The notes under the pieces are model-generated. The model ran no database searches and was not told where the DNA came from. It worked only from the letters and a program-made list of their open reading frames with translations. A stretch of DNA of 50,607 bases. Source: Malacoraja senta. Its lineage: Eukaryota. The stretch lies in contig CM075990.1 in the NCBI GenBank assembly GCA_038087875.1, positions 12,028,001 through 12,078,607 of the forward strand, written 5' to 3'. Positions 11,478-23,384 of this stretch are shown in pieces (position 1 is the stretch's first letter; each line of letters begins with the position of its first letter). The position numbers and the translations under genes were made by a program.

Positions 11478-11567
11478 AGATAGACACGAAATGCTGGAGT
11501 AATGACAGGCAGCATCTCTGGAGAGACGGAATGGGTGACGTTTTGGGTCGAGACCCTTCTTCAGACT
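11478..11567 (-). mobile_element. Penelope-like unit
   Basis: Ends GTCGAGACCCTTCTTCAGACT. Confidence 0.72.
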
Positions 11568-11828
11568 CTATAATCTATGTGGATGGATCTATATACATGG
11601 AATTCTATAATCCATGTTCTAAAGCAGCATTTTGTGATGCTAGTTTGCATCTTGCCCCAATTTCAAGAGTTGCAAGCTGGCCAATAAGTCCTCATTGAAT
11701 AACTTGCTTCAGGGAGTGTTATGAGCTGGATTAAACGTGCCCTGTTCTGGTCACACTGAGGGGTTGTTATTGTCTGTCCTTGATTGAAATTGAGTAAGTG
11801 TTAGCTTGGCTTGTAACACAGATCCTTG

Positions 11829-11926
11829 GTCTGAAGACTGGTCTCGACCCAAAAACTGGTCACCATTTCCTTCTCTCCAGAGATGCTGCCTGACCCGCTG
11901 AGTTACTCCAGCATTTTGTGCCTATC
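11829..11926 (+). mobile_element. Penelope-like unit
   Basis: GTCTGAAGACTGGTCTCGACCC...GAGTTACTCCAGC. Confidence 0.7.
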
Positions 11927-11999
11927 CACAAAGTATTGGATCGAAGATACGGGAAACCAGGTATCTCGACGATGATGTGGAGAGATATCGTCTATATCT

Positions 12000-12461
12000 C
12001 TCATTTCCCTTATCCCTAAGCAGTCTGAAGAAGGGTCTCGACCCGAAAAAACGTCACCCATTCCTTCTTTCCAGAGATGCTGCCTGTCCTGCTGAGTTAA
12101 GCCCCTGTCCCACTTTCCCGAGTTACTCACGAATTCTCCCGAGTTTTCCCCTTGATTCAAACCCGGAGAATGTTCGTAGCGAGGCCGGAGGAGTCCGTAG
12201 ATATTTCGTAGCGGCTCGTAATGCCGGCCGTAGGTACTCGGGGCATCAGGTAAGTCGGGACGTTTTTTCAGCATGTTGAATTATGTCCACGAGTGGAAAA
12301 AAAAAATAGCCCCAAGTACCTACGGCTGTCATCTCCGAGTTTCAATCCAGGGGAAAACTCGGGAGAATTCGTGAGTAACTCGGGAAAGTGGGACAGGGGC
12401 TTTACTCCAGCTTTTTGTGTCTATCTTCGGCTTAAACCAGCATCTGCAGTTCCTTCCTACA
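12000..12461 (+). mobile_element. Penelope-like unit interrupted by a MITE
   Basis: CAGTCTGAAGAAGGGTCTCGACCCGAAAAAACGTC; resumes at CTCCAGC after 12404. Confidence 0.78.
12100..12401. mobile_element. PIF/Harbinger-type MITE, family C
   Basis: About 52-bp perfect TIR AGCCCCTGTCCCACTTTCCCGAGTTACTCACGAATTCTCCCGAGTTTTCCCC; TTA TSD. Confidence 0.92.
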
Positions 12462-12706
12462 ATCCAAGTATTGGATTGATACTGGTTGCAGTTGCGGGAG
12501 CCGGTCACCAGGTGGCAGGGTGTTGTATTGTACCAAGTGGCTGTAAAATCGTCAATCATCTCCTGAAATTTTAAAAGCTTCTAAACAAAATTAAACATTA
12601 CTAAATCGGTTCCTGACAAACTTTGCTGCATTTCACTGTGGGCCATGTCTCAACGGCCTGTGCCCTGGTTATTCTTAATGTGTTAACAATTGGTCAGTCT
12701 TCGTTA

Positions 12707-13227
12707 AGAGGCTGTCCCACTTGGGCGACCTAATTGGTGAGTTTTGAAGAGTTTAGGAGAGTTTGAAAAAGTGTCATGTTGAAGACCTCCTTCGACTATG
12801 TTGAAGACCAGCTTCGACTAGCTACGGGAAAATTGGACACCGAATAGTGGAGAGTGAAGAAGACCTCCTTCAACCTCCCTTCGACCTCCCATCGACTATG
12901 ATGAAGACTATCTACGACTACCTTCGACTACCCTCGATTACCTACGACTAACATGCCGACCTACTAAGACCTACTTCGACTAAACCTACGAGTAAAGAAA
13001 ATATAGATTTTTCCCATGGCGATCTTTTTTTACTCGCGGGCATTTTTCAACATGTTGAAAAATACGTCGCGACCTAGCTGAGGCCTCGGGTACGCGGGGA
13101 CTACTCTCGAGCATGAAGGAGAGTTACAAAGACCTCCTAGGACCTCGTGTCGACCATGCTGCGAGTATGAGTCGAGGGCAAACTCTTCTAAACTTGCCAA
13201 TTAGGTCGCCGCAGTGGGACAGCCCCT
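12707..13227. mobile_element. PIF/Harbinger-type MITE, family D
   Basis: TIR AGAGGCTGTCCCACT / AGTGGGACAGCCCCT; TTA TSD; CGACTA/CGACCT internal repeats; inverted copy at 41396. Confidence 0.9.
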
Positions 13228-13686
13228 TTACACTCAGCAGTGAATATTTAACATGCAGCCCCTCCATCCACAGTTAAAAGGTGTATTCGTTGATACCCTG
13301 ATAATTCTGAGATCCTCGTGTGCAATTAATGTTGTTGGTACCCAAGGAATGAAGGTTACGTGAGGCACACTTTTTTTACCACTCTTGAAGCACCAAAGTG
13401 GAGATGATTCCTTAGGCAAATTGGCCATGACATTATTGAAGGGTGGAACAGCATTGAGGGGGCGAATGGCCTTCAATTTTTTTTTCTGCATGTAAACCCT
13501 TTAGGCAGGATTCTGAAGATAGAATTGAACAATGGATGAGATTAGCACTGTTTAAGGAATAATATTTAGTGCAAACAGCATGATGTTTTAAATATGTATG
13601 TTTAAAGGCTTGATGTCTTAATGTTTTGACATTACAAGGATCATTACTGAGCAACAATTCAAAATATTGTAATGAGTGCTATAACA

Positions 13687-13986
13687 GTTTAGTTTAGTTT
13701 AGAGATACAGTGTGGAAACAGACCTTCCGGCACACCGACCAATGATCCCCGCTCGTTAACACTACCCTACACACACTGGGGACAATTTACATTTACCAAG
13801 CCAATTAACCTACCAACCTGTACGTCTTTGGAGTGTGGGAGGAAACCGAAGATCTCGGAGAAATCCCGCGCGGTCTAAGGGGAGAATGTACAATCTCTGT
13901 ACAGACAGCACCAGCAGTCAGGATTGAACCCACGTCCCTGGCGCTGAAAGCGCTGTTAGGCAGCAACTCTACCGCTGCACCACCGT
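13687..13986 (-). mobile_element. HE1-type V-SINE
   Basis: Head and tail as in other copies. Confidence 0.88.
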
Positions 13987-14229
13987 AAGGCTGAGAACTG
14001 TGATCATTCAATCACCTTTGATGAGGGCAGAAGTGCTTCCTATTTGTTCCCTATACATCTCAATTTTATGAACCACAATTAAATCTCCCCTCTGTCTGTT
14101 CTGTTTCAAAGAAAATAGCCCTGGCTGAATCCATCCAACTGTGAAAGATCTTTATTAACCCACATACAGTATATTAAAAATACTGGAAATGCTAGAAATC
14201 TGAATTAAAATACAAAATGGTATAAATTT

Positions 14230-14431
14230 CGGAATAGAAGGCAGTGGAGGCCAAGTCAGTGGATATTTTTAAGGTGGAGATCGATAGATTCTTGATTAGG
14301 ACGGGTGTCAGGGGTTACGGGGAGAAGGCAGGAGAATGGGGTTGAGAGGGAAAGATAGATCAGCCATGATTGAATGGCGGAGTAGACTTAATGGGCTGAA
14401 TTGCCTAATTCTTCTTCTATCACTTATGAAC
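14230..14431 (+). mobile_element. CR1 LINE 3' end
   Basis: GTGGAGGCCAAGTCA...GATCAGCCATGATTGAATGGCGGAGTAGAC. Confidence 0.78.
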
Positions 14432-14723
14432 AAGTAATGACTTTGTAGGTCAGGAAGCATTTGTAAATAGAGGAAACTAATAACATTTCAGGATGAAAAC
14501 CTTTGTCAGACCTAGGAAAGGAAGAAAAAAACAGTCACTGTTAAAATGTAAAAAGTGGTGGAGGAGGGGTGGATAGGACAAAGGGAATAAGGCTGTGGCC
14601 AGGGTTGTCACGGTGAAAAGCTATTGAGGATGCAATCTCGTTGATAAGTTATTGAGGTGCAAATAGAGAAATGGCAAACTAAGGAATATGTGCATGTTGT
14701 GAAATGTGGATGGGGGCTGCAAG

Positions 14724-14951
14724 AGCAGCGATCCCCGCATATTAACACTAACATACACGCACAAGGGACAATTTTACATTTACACCAAGCCGATTAACCT
14801 GCAAACCTGCAGGTCTTTGGAGTGTGGGAGGAAAACGAAGATCTCGGGGAGAACGTACAAACCCCGTACAGACAGCACCCGTAGTCGGGATCGAACCCTG
14901 AACTTTGGCGCTGTAAGGCAGCAACTCCACCGCTGCGCCACCGTGCTGCCC
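14724..14951 (-). mobile_element. HE1-type V-SINE
   Basis: Minus-strand head GGGCAGCACGGTGGCGCAGCGG. Confidence 0.85.
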
Positions 14952-15171
14952 TATTTCAGCAGGTAGTGGAGAATGTGGAGTTGAAACTGTGGCCACGATC
15001 TCATAAAATGGAGGGGTGGGTTCCAAGGGCTGTGTGTGCGCTCCTGTTCTGTACATTCCCAGTAGGGGCCAGACATCCGAGGTTCTTCATTGCCTCAGGG
15101 ATTTTCTAAGTGTGGTTCATTTTCTTTTTCCCTCTGCAACTTGTTGCACTGTGGACATTTTAAGGGGTTTG

Positions 15172-15930
15172 TCAAGAGTGTTTTATTGTCGTATGGTATG
15201 TCCCAGATAAAACAATGTAATTCTTACTTACAACAGAATATGTAAACAAAGTACACTGTAAATAATATAATAAACGAGAGAGGAAAAAAAGTTCAGTGTG
15301 TATATACACACTTACTCACAAATACACGTATACATAGATCGGAGCGGGAAGAGCTGAGGTGGCGCGCGGCTGCGACCCGGCTTCGGAGGCTCCGGCTGCA
15401 GGGCCGGTGGACAGGAACATCGGGGGCTCGCAGGTCCCTGGTGGGAGACCGCTTTTCGGAGCTCCAGCAGCGGCAGCTTCTCCCGCTGGAATCGCGGGGT
15501 TTAAAGGACTCGGAACAGGGCCTAACATCGCCCGGCGCGGCTTAAACGGCCACAGGACTTACCATCGCCCGCCGGGGGCTTTAACATCGGAGCCCCAGTT
15601 CGCCTCGACGCTGCAGTTGGACTGCTGGACCACGGGAGAAGAACAAAGGGAAGAGATAAGACTTTGCCTTCCATCACAGTGAGGAGATGTTGGGGATCCA
15701 CTTGTGATGGATGTTTGTGTAAATTGTGTTAAGTGTGTGTCTTGGGGTTTTTGTAATGTAAAAAACTGTAGAAAATGCAATTTCGTTCAAACCAAGTTTG
15801 AATGACAATAAAAGGCATTCTATTCTATTCTATTCATATATGTATATGTGGGTGTGTATATATGTGTGTGTGTATATATACACATGCACATGTACGTATA
15901 GACAACAAAAACAATAATAGTGCAATAATA
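15172..15930 (-). mobile_element. Rex1/Babar 3' UTR, family B-like (15172-15336 and 15836-15930), interrupted
   Basis: TCAAGAGTGTTTTATTGTC..GTCCCAGAT..ACAATG tail, similar to 36400. Confidence 0.55.
15337..15835 (+). mobile_element. Unclassified GC-rich non-autonomous retroelement with a Rex1-like tail
   Basis: CpG-rich body; AATTTCGTTC..TGACAATAAA followed by an (ATTCT)n tail. Confidence 0.6.
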
Positions 15931-16389
15931 TGAAGCATCTTTTGCGATTTCCAGTTATATCGTGCCATTGATGTAAATTGAGTATATATTTTGTGCTTCG
16001 GTTGCTGTGGTCATTACTGGCAGTGCTGATCTTTCTTGTCCACCACTAATTACCTGGGGAATTGAAGACAACTGTGGAGAATCGCCCACATTCAGGCCCT
16101 CGTGTCACATCATGTGCGATGGTGAGCAAGGGAGGGCCGTGTTGCATTGCAGATCAGCCACAGTTACGACGGAGGTTACAAGCGCTGGTGGTGAGAGCGT
16201 TGTTTACAAGGCACAAACAATGTAACTTATCCCAAGACTAAATAATTCATGCCCCCTGGACGAGAAGCAAGAGGGTTGAGAAACTCTTTGGAATTTATGA
16301 TTTCTGAAATGATTCAGAGGTTTGCCAAAAATGTCCAGAAAGGAGAGAATTGCCATTTATATTGTGCCTTCACACATTCTCCAAACGTG

Positions 16390-16560
16390 TCCCCGCTCGG
16401 TTCCGGTACCTCGGGTTCTGGGAGGGGGGGGGGGGGGGTCCTGTAGCGGCACCTGCTGGTGCCTGTGGGTAGTCAAACTCTGCGGTTGGCTACCTCGGTC
16501 GTGTGACTGTGGGAAGGGGCACCCACTTCAAATAAATACTGTATTTTGAAGCACAGACCT
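16390..16560 (+). mobile_element. Gypsy-like LTR retrotransposon relic: PPT plus 3' LTR start
   Basis: Purine tract GGGAGGGGGGGGGGGGGGG just before TGTAGCGGCACCT (16442), the same start as the LTR at 18201; AATAAA inside. Confidence 0.6.
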
Positions 16561-16632
16561 AGTAGGATGGGGGAAACACAGCAGTTCGTTTATGAATTCT
16601 TGGCAAAGATCCATGTAAGTGTGACCAGGTAT

Positions 16633-16950
16633 GAGCCAAATACAAAGTGCTGGAGGAACTCGGCAGGTCAGGCAGCATCTGTGGAGGGAATGGATAGAGG
16701 AGGTTTTGGCTTGGGACTCTTCTACAGACTCATTGCAATTGGAAGGGAAAGTTGGAAAATAGTTTTTGGGGGTGTGGGGGAGGAAGGAGCAAAGCCTGCC
16801 AAGTGATAGGTGGATACAGGCGGGGGGGGGGGTGCGGGGTGATATTGGATGTGGTGTACGCAGAGATGAAAAGATGACAAAAAGGGTGTTGGATAAGGAG
16901 AGAAGAGGAGTGAAATGTAAATCCAGAGGGATGAGTAAAGGGGGAGGATA
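16633..16950 (-). mobile_element. Divergent Penelope-like pLTR
   Basis: TGCTGGAGGAACTCGGCAGGTCAGGCAGCATCT followed by a purine-rich pLTR-like body. Confidence 0.6.
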
Positions 16951-16952
16951 AA

Positions 16953-17102
16953 GGGCTCTTAAAATAGCAGAGTCAGGGGATATGGGGAGAAGGCAGGAAC
17001 GGGGTACTGATTGGGGATGATCAGCCATGATCACATTAAATGGCGGTGCTGGCTCGAAGGGCTGAATGGCCTACTCCTGCACCTATTGTCTATTGTCTAT
17101 TG
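16953..17102 (+). mobile_element. CR1/HER1 LINE 3' end
   Basis: GGCTCGAAGGGCTGAATGGCCTACTCCTGCACC(TATTGTC)n. Confidence 0.85.
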
Positions 17103-17171
17103 ATATGTGCTATGGGCTGGATCTTGGAGTACGCAAGGATTATGGACCCCAGGAGTTTCAAAGCAAGGCAA

Positions 17172-17368
17172 TAGACACAAAAAGCTGGAGTAACTCAGCA
17201 GGACAGCCAGCATCTTTGGAGAGAAGGGATGGGTGACATTTTGGATCGAGGACCCTTCTCTAGACCCCGAAACATATCCCATTCCTTCTCTCCAGATATG
17301 CCGCCTGTCCCGCTGAGTTACTCCCGGTTTTGTGTCCATCTTCGGTTTAAAACATCACCTTCCGACAC
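17172..17368. mobile_element. Penelope-like unit, inverted pair
   Basis: Minus arm then plus arm, pivot near 17260. Confidence 0.72.
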
Positions 17369-18081
17369 AGGGTTGTACTTGATGTTGGCTGAAGTGAAAT
17401 GCTTCTGTAATACAGCGACATTATCGTGTACATGCGTTGTGTACCACGAGTTGTTTACATAGACCACCAGCAATCCAATAGATCAAAAGGAAGATCTTGT
17501 AACTAAACGTTTGAAATTGATGTTAATGGAGCATTTAATTGTTGCAATGGTGTCCGCTTTTTATCTTTGTGATTGCAAACTGTGCAAGTAATTCATGAAA
17601 TTAAAATACACACACTACACCATGTCAGAATTTACTGTTCTCTTTATATGATTTCCAACATCTGTACTGCCAGATAGATTTTTTTGCTCTGTTTTAACTC
17701 CGGATCCCAGGGGAGCTATGAACACTGACGGGATTTTCCACTTTCAGTGAATATGGTTTATTTCACAAGAAAGGCACAATACTGCACTGAAGATGTTATT
17801 GATCTTTCAGTAAAGAGTGATGTTCTGGCAAATGTGGAAATAATAACCCCATACATCAGATGCACACTGTGAAGTGACGGGCGGTTTATACACCAGGAAA
17901 TGCCTCATTATCTCATCCCGGCCTGCATCAGGCGGAGAGGCAAATGATACGTGTTGGATCTGTTCCAAAACAGGCTGAGAGTTTGAAGATTCGATCCCGA
18001 CTACAGAGTTTGTACGTTCTCCCCGTGACCGCGTGGGTTTCTGCCGGGTGCTCCCCTTCCTCCCACTCGCCGAAGGTTTGG

Positions 18082-18790
18082 AGGTAGACACAAAATGCTG
18101 GAGTGGCTCAGTGGGACAGGCAGCATCTCTGGATAGAGGAATGGTGACGTTTTGGGTCGAGACCCTTCTTTAGGCTGATGTCAGGGGAGTGGGCGGAGGT
18201 TGTAGCGGCACCTAGTGGTGGGGCTGGTAAGTCAGAACCCTCGTCATTGGTTGGCACTGTCACGTGACCGCAGGGGTCCGTTCGCGGGCTTTTAGTTAGC
18301 TATTAGCGCTCCTCCCATCGACAGGAGCTGTGCCCGTTAGTTAGACAAGGCACCCGGTTTTATGAGCTTCCGTTTGTGTTTTGTCAATAAATACCATTTT
18401 GCCCAACCTGCCTGGCCCCACTACACGGGACAGAGATAAAATGTATCGGAGACAGTAAGACTGGGGGAGAACGGAAGGGGAAGGGGATGGGAAGAGAGGG
18501 AAAGCAAGGGCTATTTGAAATTACCAGTCTCACTCAATCCAATAACTTCAAGTAGCCCTTGCATTCCCTCTCTCTTCTATCCCCTCCCCCTTCCCAGTTC
18601 TCCAACCAGTCTTACTGTCTCCGACTACATTTATCTCTGTACTTCCTACTCCCCTGACATCATGAAGAATGGCCTTGACCCGAAACGTCACCCATTCCTT
18701 CTCTCCAGAGATGCTGCCTGTCCTGCTGAGTTACCCAGCATTTTGTGTCCATTCTTCGGTTTAAACCAGCATCTGCAGTTCCTTCCTACA
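18082..18790. mobile_element. Long Penelope-like inverted pLTR pair reaching the ORF end
   Basis: Arms of ~220-250 bp; the plus arm begins AACTTCAAGTAG (N-F-K-stop), resembling a PLE ORF C-terminus. Confidence 0.75.
18201..18425 (+). mobile_element. Solo LTR (Gypsy-like)
   Basis: TGTAGCGG...CCACTACA termini (TG..CA, short inverted ends); AATAAA near the 3' end; TSD not clean. Confidence 0.7.
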
Positions 18791-19029
18791 TGTTTGTGGG
18801 TTAATTGGCTTTGGTAAAATTGTAAATATTCCCTAGTGTGTGTATAGGATAGTGCTAGGGCCTGTTTCCGTGCCGTATCTCTTGTCTAAAGTCATTTTGC
18901 TGGTTCCAGGTACGGAGACCAGTTGTGTCATCAGTTCAATATTGAACTGAATTTCTTCACCTTTGATGGAAGCTGCAGTTCCCCTCACTACAGTGTGGTG
19001 AGAACCAAGAGTTTGGCCAAAGTTCTTCC

Positions 19030-19108
19030 TTGACCAGCCATGGTCACATTGAATGGTGGTGCTGGCTCGAAGGGCCGATTGGCCTACTCCTGTACCTATT
19101 GTCTATTG
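19030..19108 (+). mobile_element. CR1/HER1 tail
   Basis: GGCTCGAAGGGCCGATTGGCCTACTCC..TATTGTCTATTG. Confidence 0.75.
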
Positions 19109-19217
19109 ACATCTACACTGCAGCAGGGTGCACTGCTCTTTTAGCACCAGTCCAGGTAATATCTGCTGTGTCGACTGACCCAAGCATCTGGTTTCAGTTC
19201 GAGTTCCAGCGCGGCAA

Positions 19218-19482
19218 CAAGCTCTTTGGCACACCGAGCTGACCAGTGATCCCCGCACGCTAACACTATCCTACACACACCAGGGACAATTTACAATTAT
19301 ACCAAGCCAATTGACCTACAAACCTGTGCATCTTTAAAGTGTGGGAGGAAACCAGAGCACCCGGAGAAAACCAATTCGGTAACAGGTAGAATGTACAAAC
19401 TCCGTATAGCCAAGCACCCGTAGTCAGGATCGAACCCGGATCTATGGCGCTGTAAGGCAGCAACTCTACCGCTGCGCCACCC
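19218..19482 (-). mobile_element. HE1-type V-SINE
   Basis: Minus-strand head GGTGGCGCAGCGGTAGAG. Confidence 0.85.
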
Positions 19483-19715
19483 ATATACACTTACTGTGTA
19501 GGGGGAAGCTGACCCCACACCCATTCAAATTGACTCCACAGTTGCCTGCAATGAGAGATATAAACTAGAATACAAGGTCTGTAAGGCACGCAACGGCAAA
19601 TTTGAACAGGAATTCAACCTTATCTCCATTGGGTTTGTATCGAGAATGTGGTGTCATGAGATGAGATTTGGTGCATCAAGTGGATACAAGTCTATTTTGG
19701 ATCCCTGTTCAGAAC

Positions 19716-20020
19716 TGGGCAGCACAATGGAACCAATGGTCGAGCTGCTGCCTCACAGTACCAGAGACCTGGATTAATTCCTGGGCTCAGCTGCTGTCTA
19801 TGTGGAGTTAGCACGTTCCCTCTATGACCTCCGGGTGCTCCTGTTTCCACCCACGTTATAAAGGCGTGTGGTTTTCAGGTTAATTGCCCTTCCTTCACGT
19901 GTAGGGGGAGGATGTGAAAGTGGGATAACATAGAACTAGTGTGAATGGGGTGATCGATGGTCAGTGTGGACTCGGTGGAGTGAAGGGCCTGTTTCCACGC
20001 TGTATCTCTAAATTAAACTA
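19716..20020 (+). mobile_element. Divergent HE1-type V-SINE
   Basis: GGGCAGCACAATGG head; tail GAAGGGCCTGTTTCCACGCTGTATCTCTAAA. Confidence 0.75.
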
Positions 20021-20091
20021 CATTTAAATGAAATCGGAGGCTGTTGAAACCCAGGGTTAGCAATGTGAGAGTTTTGTCTGTTTCATCACAT

Positions 20092-20369
20092 CATTTAGAA
20101 CGGAGATGAGGAAACACTTTTTCACACAGAGTTGTGAGTCTGTGGAATTCTCTGTCTGCCTCAGAGGGCGGTGGAGGCCGGTTCTCTGGATACTTTCATG
20201 AGAGAGCTAGATGGGGGCTCTGAAAGATAGTGGAGTCAGGGGATATGGGAAGAAGGGCAGGAAAGGGGTACTGATGGGGGATGATCAGCCATGATCATGT
20301 TGAATGGCAGTGCTGGCTCGAAGGGCCGAATGGCCTACCCCTACACCTATTGTCTATTGTCTATTGTCT
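20092..20369 (+). mobile_element. CR1/HER1 LINE 3' end
   Basis: TTTAGAACGGAGATGAGGAAACAC...(TATTGTC)n. Confidence 0.85.
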
Positions 20370-20648
20370 AAGAAGGAGTTATATATTTTGGATAGTTATT
20401 AGTCCAAGCTTTCTTCTGTTCATCATTGTTGAAATTGGTGAGGCAAAGATACCAGTTGCAAGGTTGGTGGGATGGGATGCTGAGTGAGGGAGGATTGCCA
20501 GCAGATGGGCATATAGGCCATTTGACCCAACCTGGAGCTGGGTATTTGTGCTGCACCTGAGCCTCTACCTCTCTTTCCTCATTGAATTCACTCTTGGATG
20601 TTTCTCCATGTTAAATTGATCCACACAGGTTGCTTCACCACTCCCTGT

Positions 20649-20940
20649 GTTTAGTTTAGAGATACCGCGCGGAAACAGGCCTTTCGGCCCACCGAGTCCA
20701 CACCGACCAGCGATCTCCGCACATTAACACCATTCTACACTAGGGACAATCTTTACACTTATACCAAGCCAATTAACTTACAAACCTGTAGGTCTTTGGA
20801 GTGTGGGGGGGGGGAGCCAAGTCTTCGGAGAAAAACCCACGCGGGTCACGGGAAGACGTACAGACATGCACTCGTAGTCAGGATTGAACCTGGGTCTCTG
20901 GAGCTTTGGCAGAAACTCTACCGCTGTGCCACCGTGCCGC
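20649..20940 (-). mobile_element. HE1-type V-SINE
   Basis: Head and tail present. Confidence 0.85.
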
Positions 20941-21900
20941 GCTAATGGCAAGTTCCACATTCAGAGAGGTTGGATGCGTAGATGCCAGTTCCCCATCAGC
21001 CTCACAACAAGTGTTGCAGCCTCACTCAACTCCAGCCAGAACTTTATTTGAATTTGACATTTGGGCTGCCGTGCTGATTTTTCCAATTGGCCACAAAGAT
21101 ATCACCATGGATATTCCAGAGAAACAAAAAGAGGGACAGTTAATAACCGTGTTATGGTTGTAGGTGACTGGCAGGTGAAGAGTACTGCATTGGCCGTAGG
21201 TGAACTCATTGTCACCCATCTTCTCTCATGATCAGGAGGTTCTAGTTGTCTACCTCCGTGGAAGTGAGGTGCAAGTGGCTTATTGAGAAGCACGTTTTAG
21301 TGGTGAAGTCTTCGGGCAAATCCCTGACCATCTGCTGGCTTACGGGCGATAGATGTCCAAAACTGATGATGCCTGCCTAATCTAAAACATTTGGGCGAAT
21401 GCTTTTATCTGTAGTCATTTAAAATCTGCATCTTTAATAGTCCAGGTGTTTGTGGTCTGTCATAAAGTAGTCTGCATCATAAAGAGATAATTGTAAAGAA
21501 AGCAGCTGGTTGAGGCTAAGTGTGTCGGATCACATTCCCCTCACTCCCGAGACCAGGCTTAAACTCGGCACAGATGAAGATGATTAAAATGGTATCTTTC
21601 TACCTGTTAAGGCTCATTAAGTGAAATGAGTTGGGGGCAGCCACAACCAAGCTTTCAATGGGCTAATGTACAAGCGCAGAACTGTGTTGAGTTTGGCACA
21701 TTGCTTTATGCTGGCAAGATGTTGAAGCTGCTGGGCCTATTTGTTCAAGACAAATATGGTTTATTGAATGGAGGGCAAATGTTAATGGCCAAGATTAGCA
21801 ACTAATGCTTGTAAATGTTGTATCTGTATTGCACTTGGTTTAACACTGGTAGTAAGAATTTTATTGTTCCATATCGGGACATATGACAATAAAATGCTCT

Positions 21901-22489
21901 TGGCTGGGTGGCAGTGTGAACTGTGAGGAGGATGCTATGAGAATGCAGGGTGACTTGGACAGGTTGGGGGAGTGGGCAGATGCATGGCAGATGAAGTTTA
22001 ATGCAGATAAATGTAAGGTTATCCACTTTGGTAGCAAAAACAGGAAGGCAGATTACTATCTAAATGGCGTCAAGTTGGGAAAAGGGGAAGTACAACGGAT
22101 CTGGGGGTCCTTGTTCATCAGTCTATGAAAGTAAGCATGCAGGTACAGCAGGCAGTGAAGAAAGCAAATGGCATGTTGGCCTTTATAACAAGAGGAATCA
22201 AATATAGGAGCATAAAGCAGTTGGACAGAGCCATAGTGAGACCACACCTGGAGTATTGTGTGCAGTTTTGGTCCCCTAATTTGAGGAAGGACATTCTTGC
22301 TATTGAGGGAGTGCAGCGTAGGTTTACAAGGTTAATTCCCGGGATGGCGGGACTGTCATATGCTGAGAGGATGGAGCAGCTGGGCCTTGTACACTCTGGA
22401 GTTTAGAAGGATGAGAGGATATCTCATTGAAACATGTAAGATTGTTAAGGGTTTGGACACGCTAGAGGCAGGAAACAGGTTCCCAATGT
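21901..22489 (+). mobile_element. CR1/HER1 ORF2 fragment (frameshifted)
   Basis: LGG.VNCEED..MQGDLDRLGEWADAWQMKFNADKCKVIHFG; VRPHLEYCVQFWSP. Confidence 0.93.
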
Positions 22490-22637
22490 CAGCGAACTCT
22501 GCCAGTGCATTTGGACTACCTCGCCTCCAACTGAACCTCATTGACAATCAGCTTCCAAAACCACTCCCTACTCCTTTTGCATTTGTGATGATCAGTGGTG
22601 AATGGAATGTTAAACCAAGGCCCTGTTTAAACGATAA

Positions 22638-22849
22638 TGGGCCAGTCCCACATAGGCGATTTTTTGGGGCGACTGCCACAAAATTTTGAACATGTTGAAA
22701 ATTTTTCAGCGACAGTGGGGACAATTTTTGTTGTCGCAGGTGTTGTCATAGGTGCTGTCGTAGGTTGTCGCCAGGTGTCGTAGGTGAATTCCATTAAAAC
22801 TAGTCCCTGGCAGCCACCTTTAAAGAGTCGCCTAAGTGGGACAGGCCCA
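22638..22849. mobile_element. PIF/Harbinger-type MITE, family E
   Basis: TIR TGGGCCAGTCCCAC / GTGGGACAGGCCCA; TAA TSD. Confidence 0.85.
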
Positions 22850-23384
22850 TAAGGATTCTGTGGCATAATTTCAAAGATTAGGAGACTTCTCCTGGAGTTC
22901 TGACCCTCATTGATACAACAGATTCTCTGTCGTACTTACCATTGATACAACAGTTTGTGCATGTTGCTCCTGCAGTTTGTTGTCTGGAAATTATTAGCTG
23001 AGTTTCCTGTTTTAAAGAGAACGACTGTCCTTCAGAAGTATTTCACAGGGTGCAGAGTGCTTTGGCCGAGGCATGGAACTCCTTCAGACGTTTGAAGAAC
23101 TTCAGTCTCAAAGAAAGAATCAGATCGGAGCATATACCAGTCAAATTCACAGGACACTGCTTTGCAGAGTAACTTTCTTGGAATGGTCAATATTAAACAG
23201 TGACAGGTTGTGGTACAGCTCCATCCAAGACCGCAAAAGGTTGCCGAGAATGGTGGATGTAGCCCAGACCATCACGCAAACCAACCTCCCTTGCATTGAC
23301 TCCATCTACGCTTCATGCTGCCTCGGCAAGGCCACAACATAATCAAGGACCAGTCTCACCCTAATCGCTTTCTCTTCTCCCCTC

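Larger units (their letters stand above)
17985..18890 (+). mobile_element. HE1 SINE (17985-18080 and 18791-18890) split by a PLE pair
   Basis: HE1 body stops at ..CCCACTCGCCGAAGGTTTG and resumes at TTTGTGGGTTAATTGG. Confidence 0.75.

Noticed and set aside
12780-12990. Short repeats resembling a CRISPR-like array
   Set aside because: Irregular CGACTA/CGACCT motifs inside a MITE, with no constant repeat-spacer period, in a eukaryotic context
16442-18425. The two LTR-like pieces as a single provirus
   Set aside because: The sequences diverge after ~20 bp, the PPT precedes the left one, and the right one is nested in a PLE
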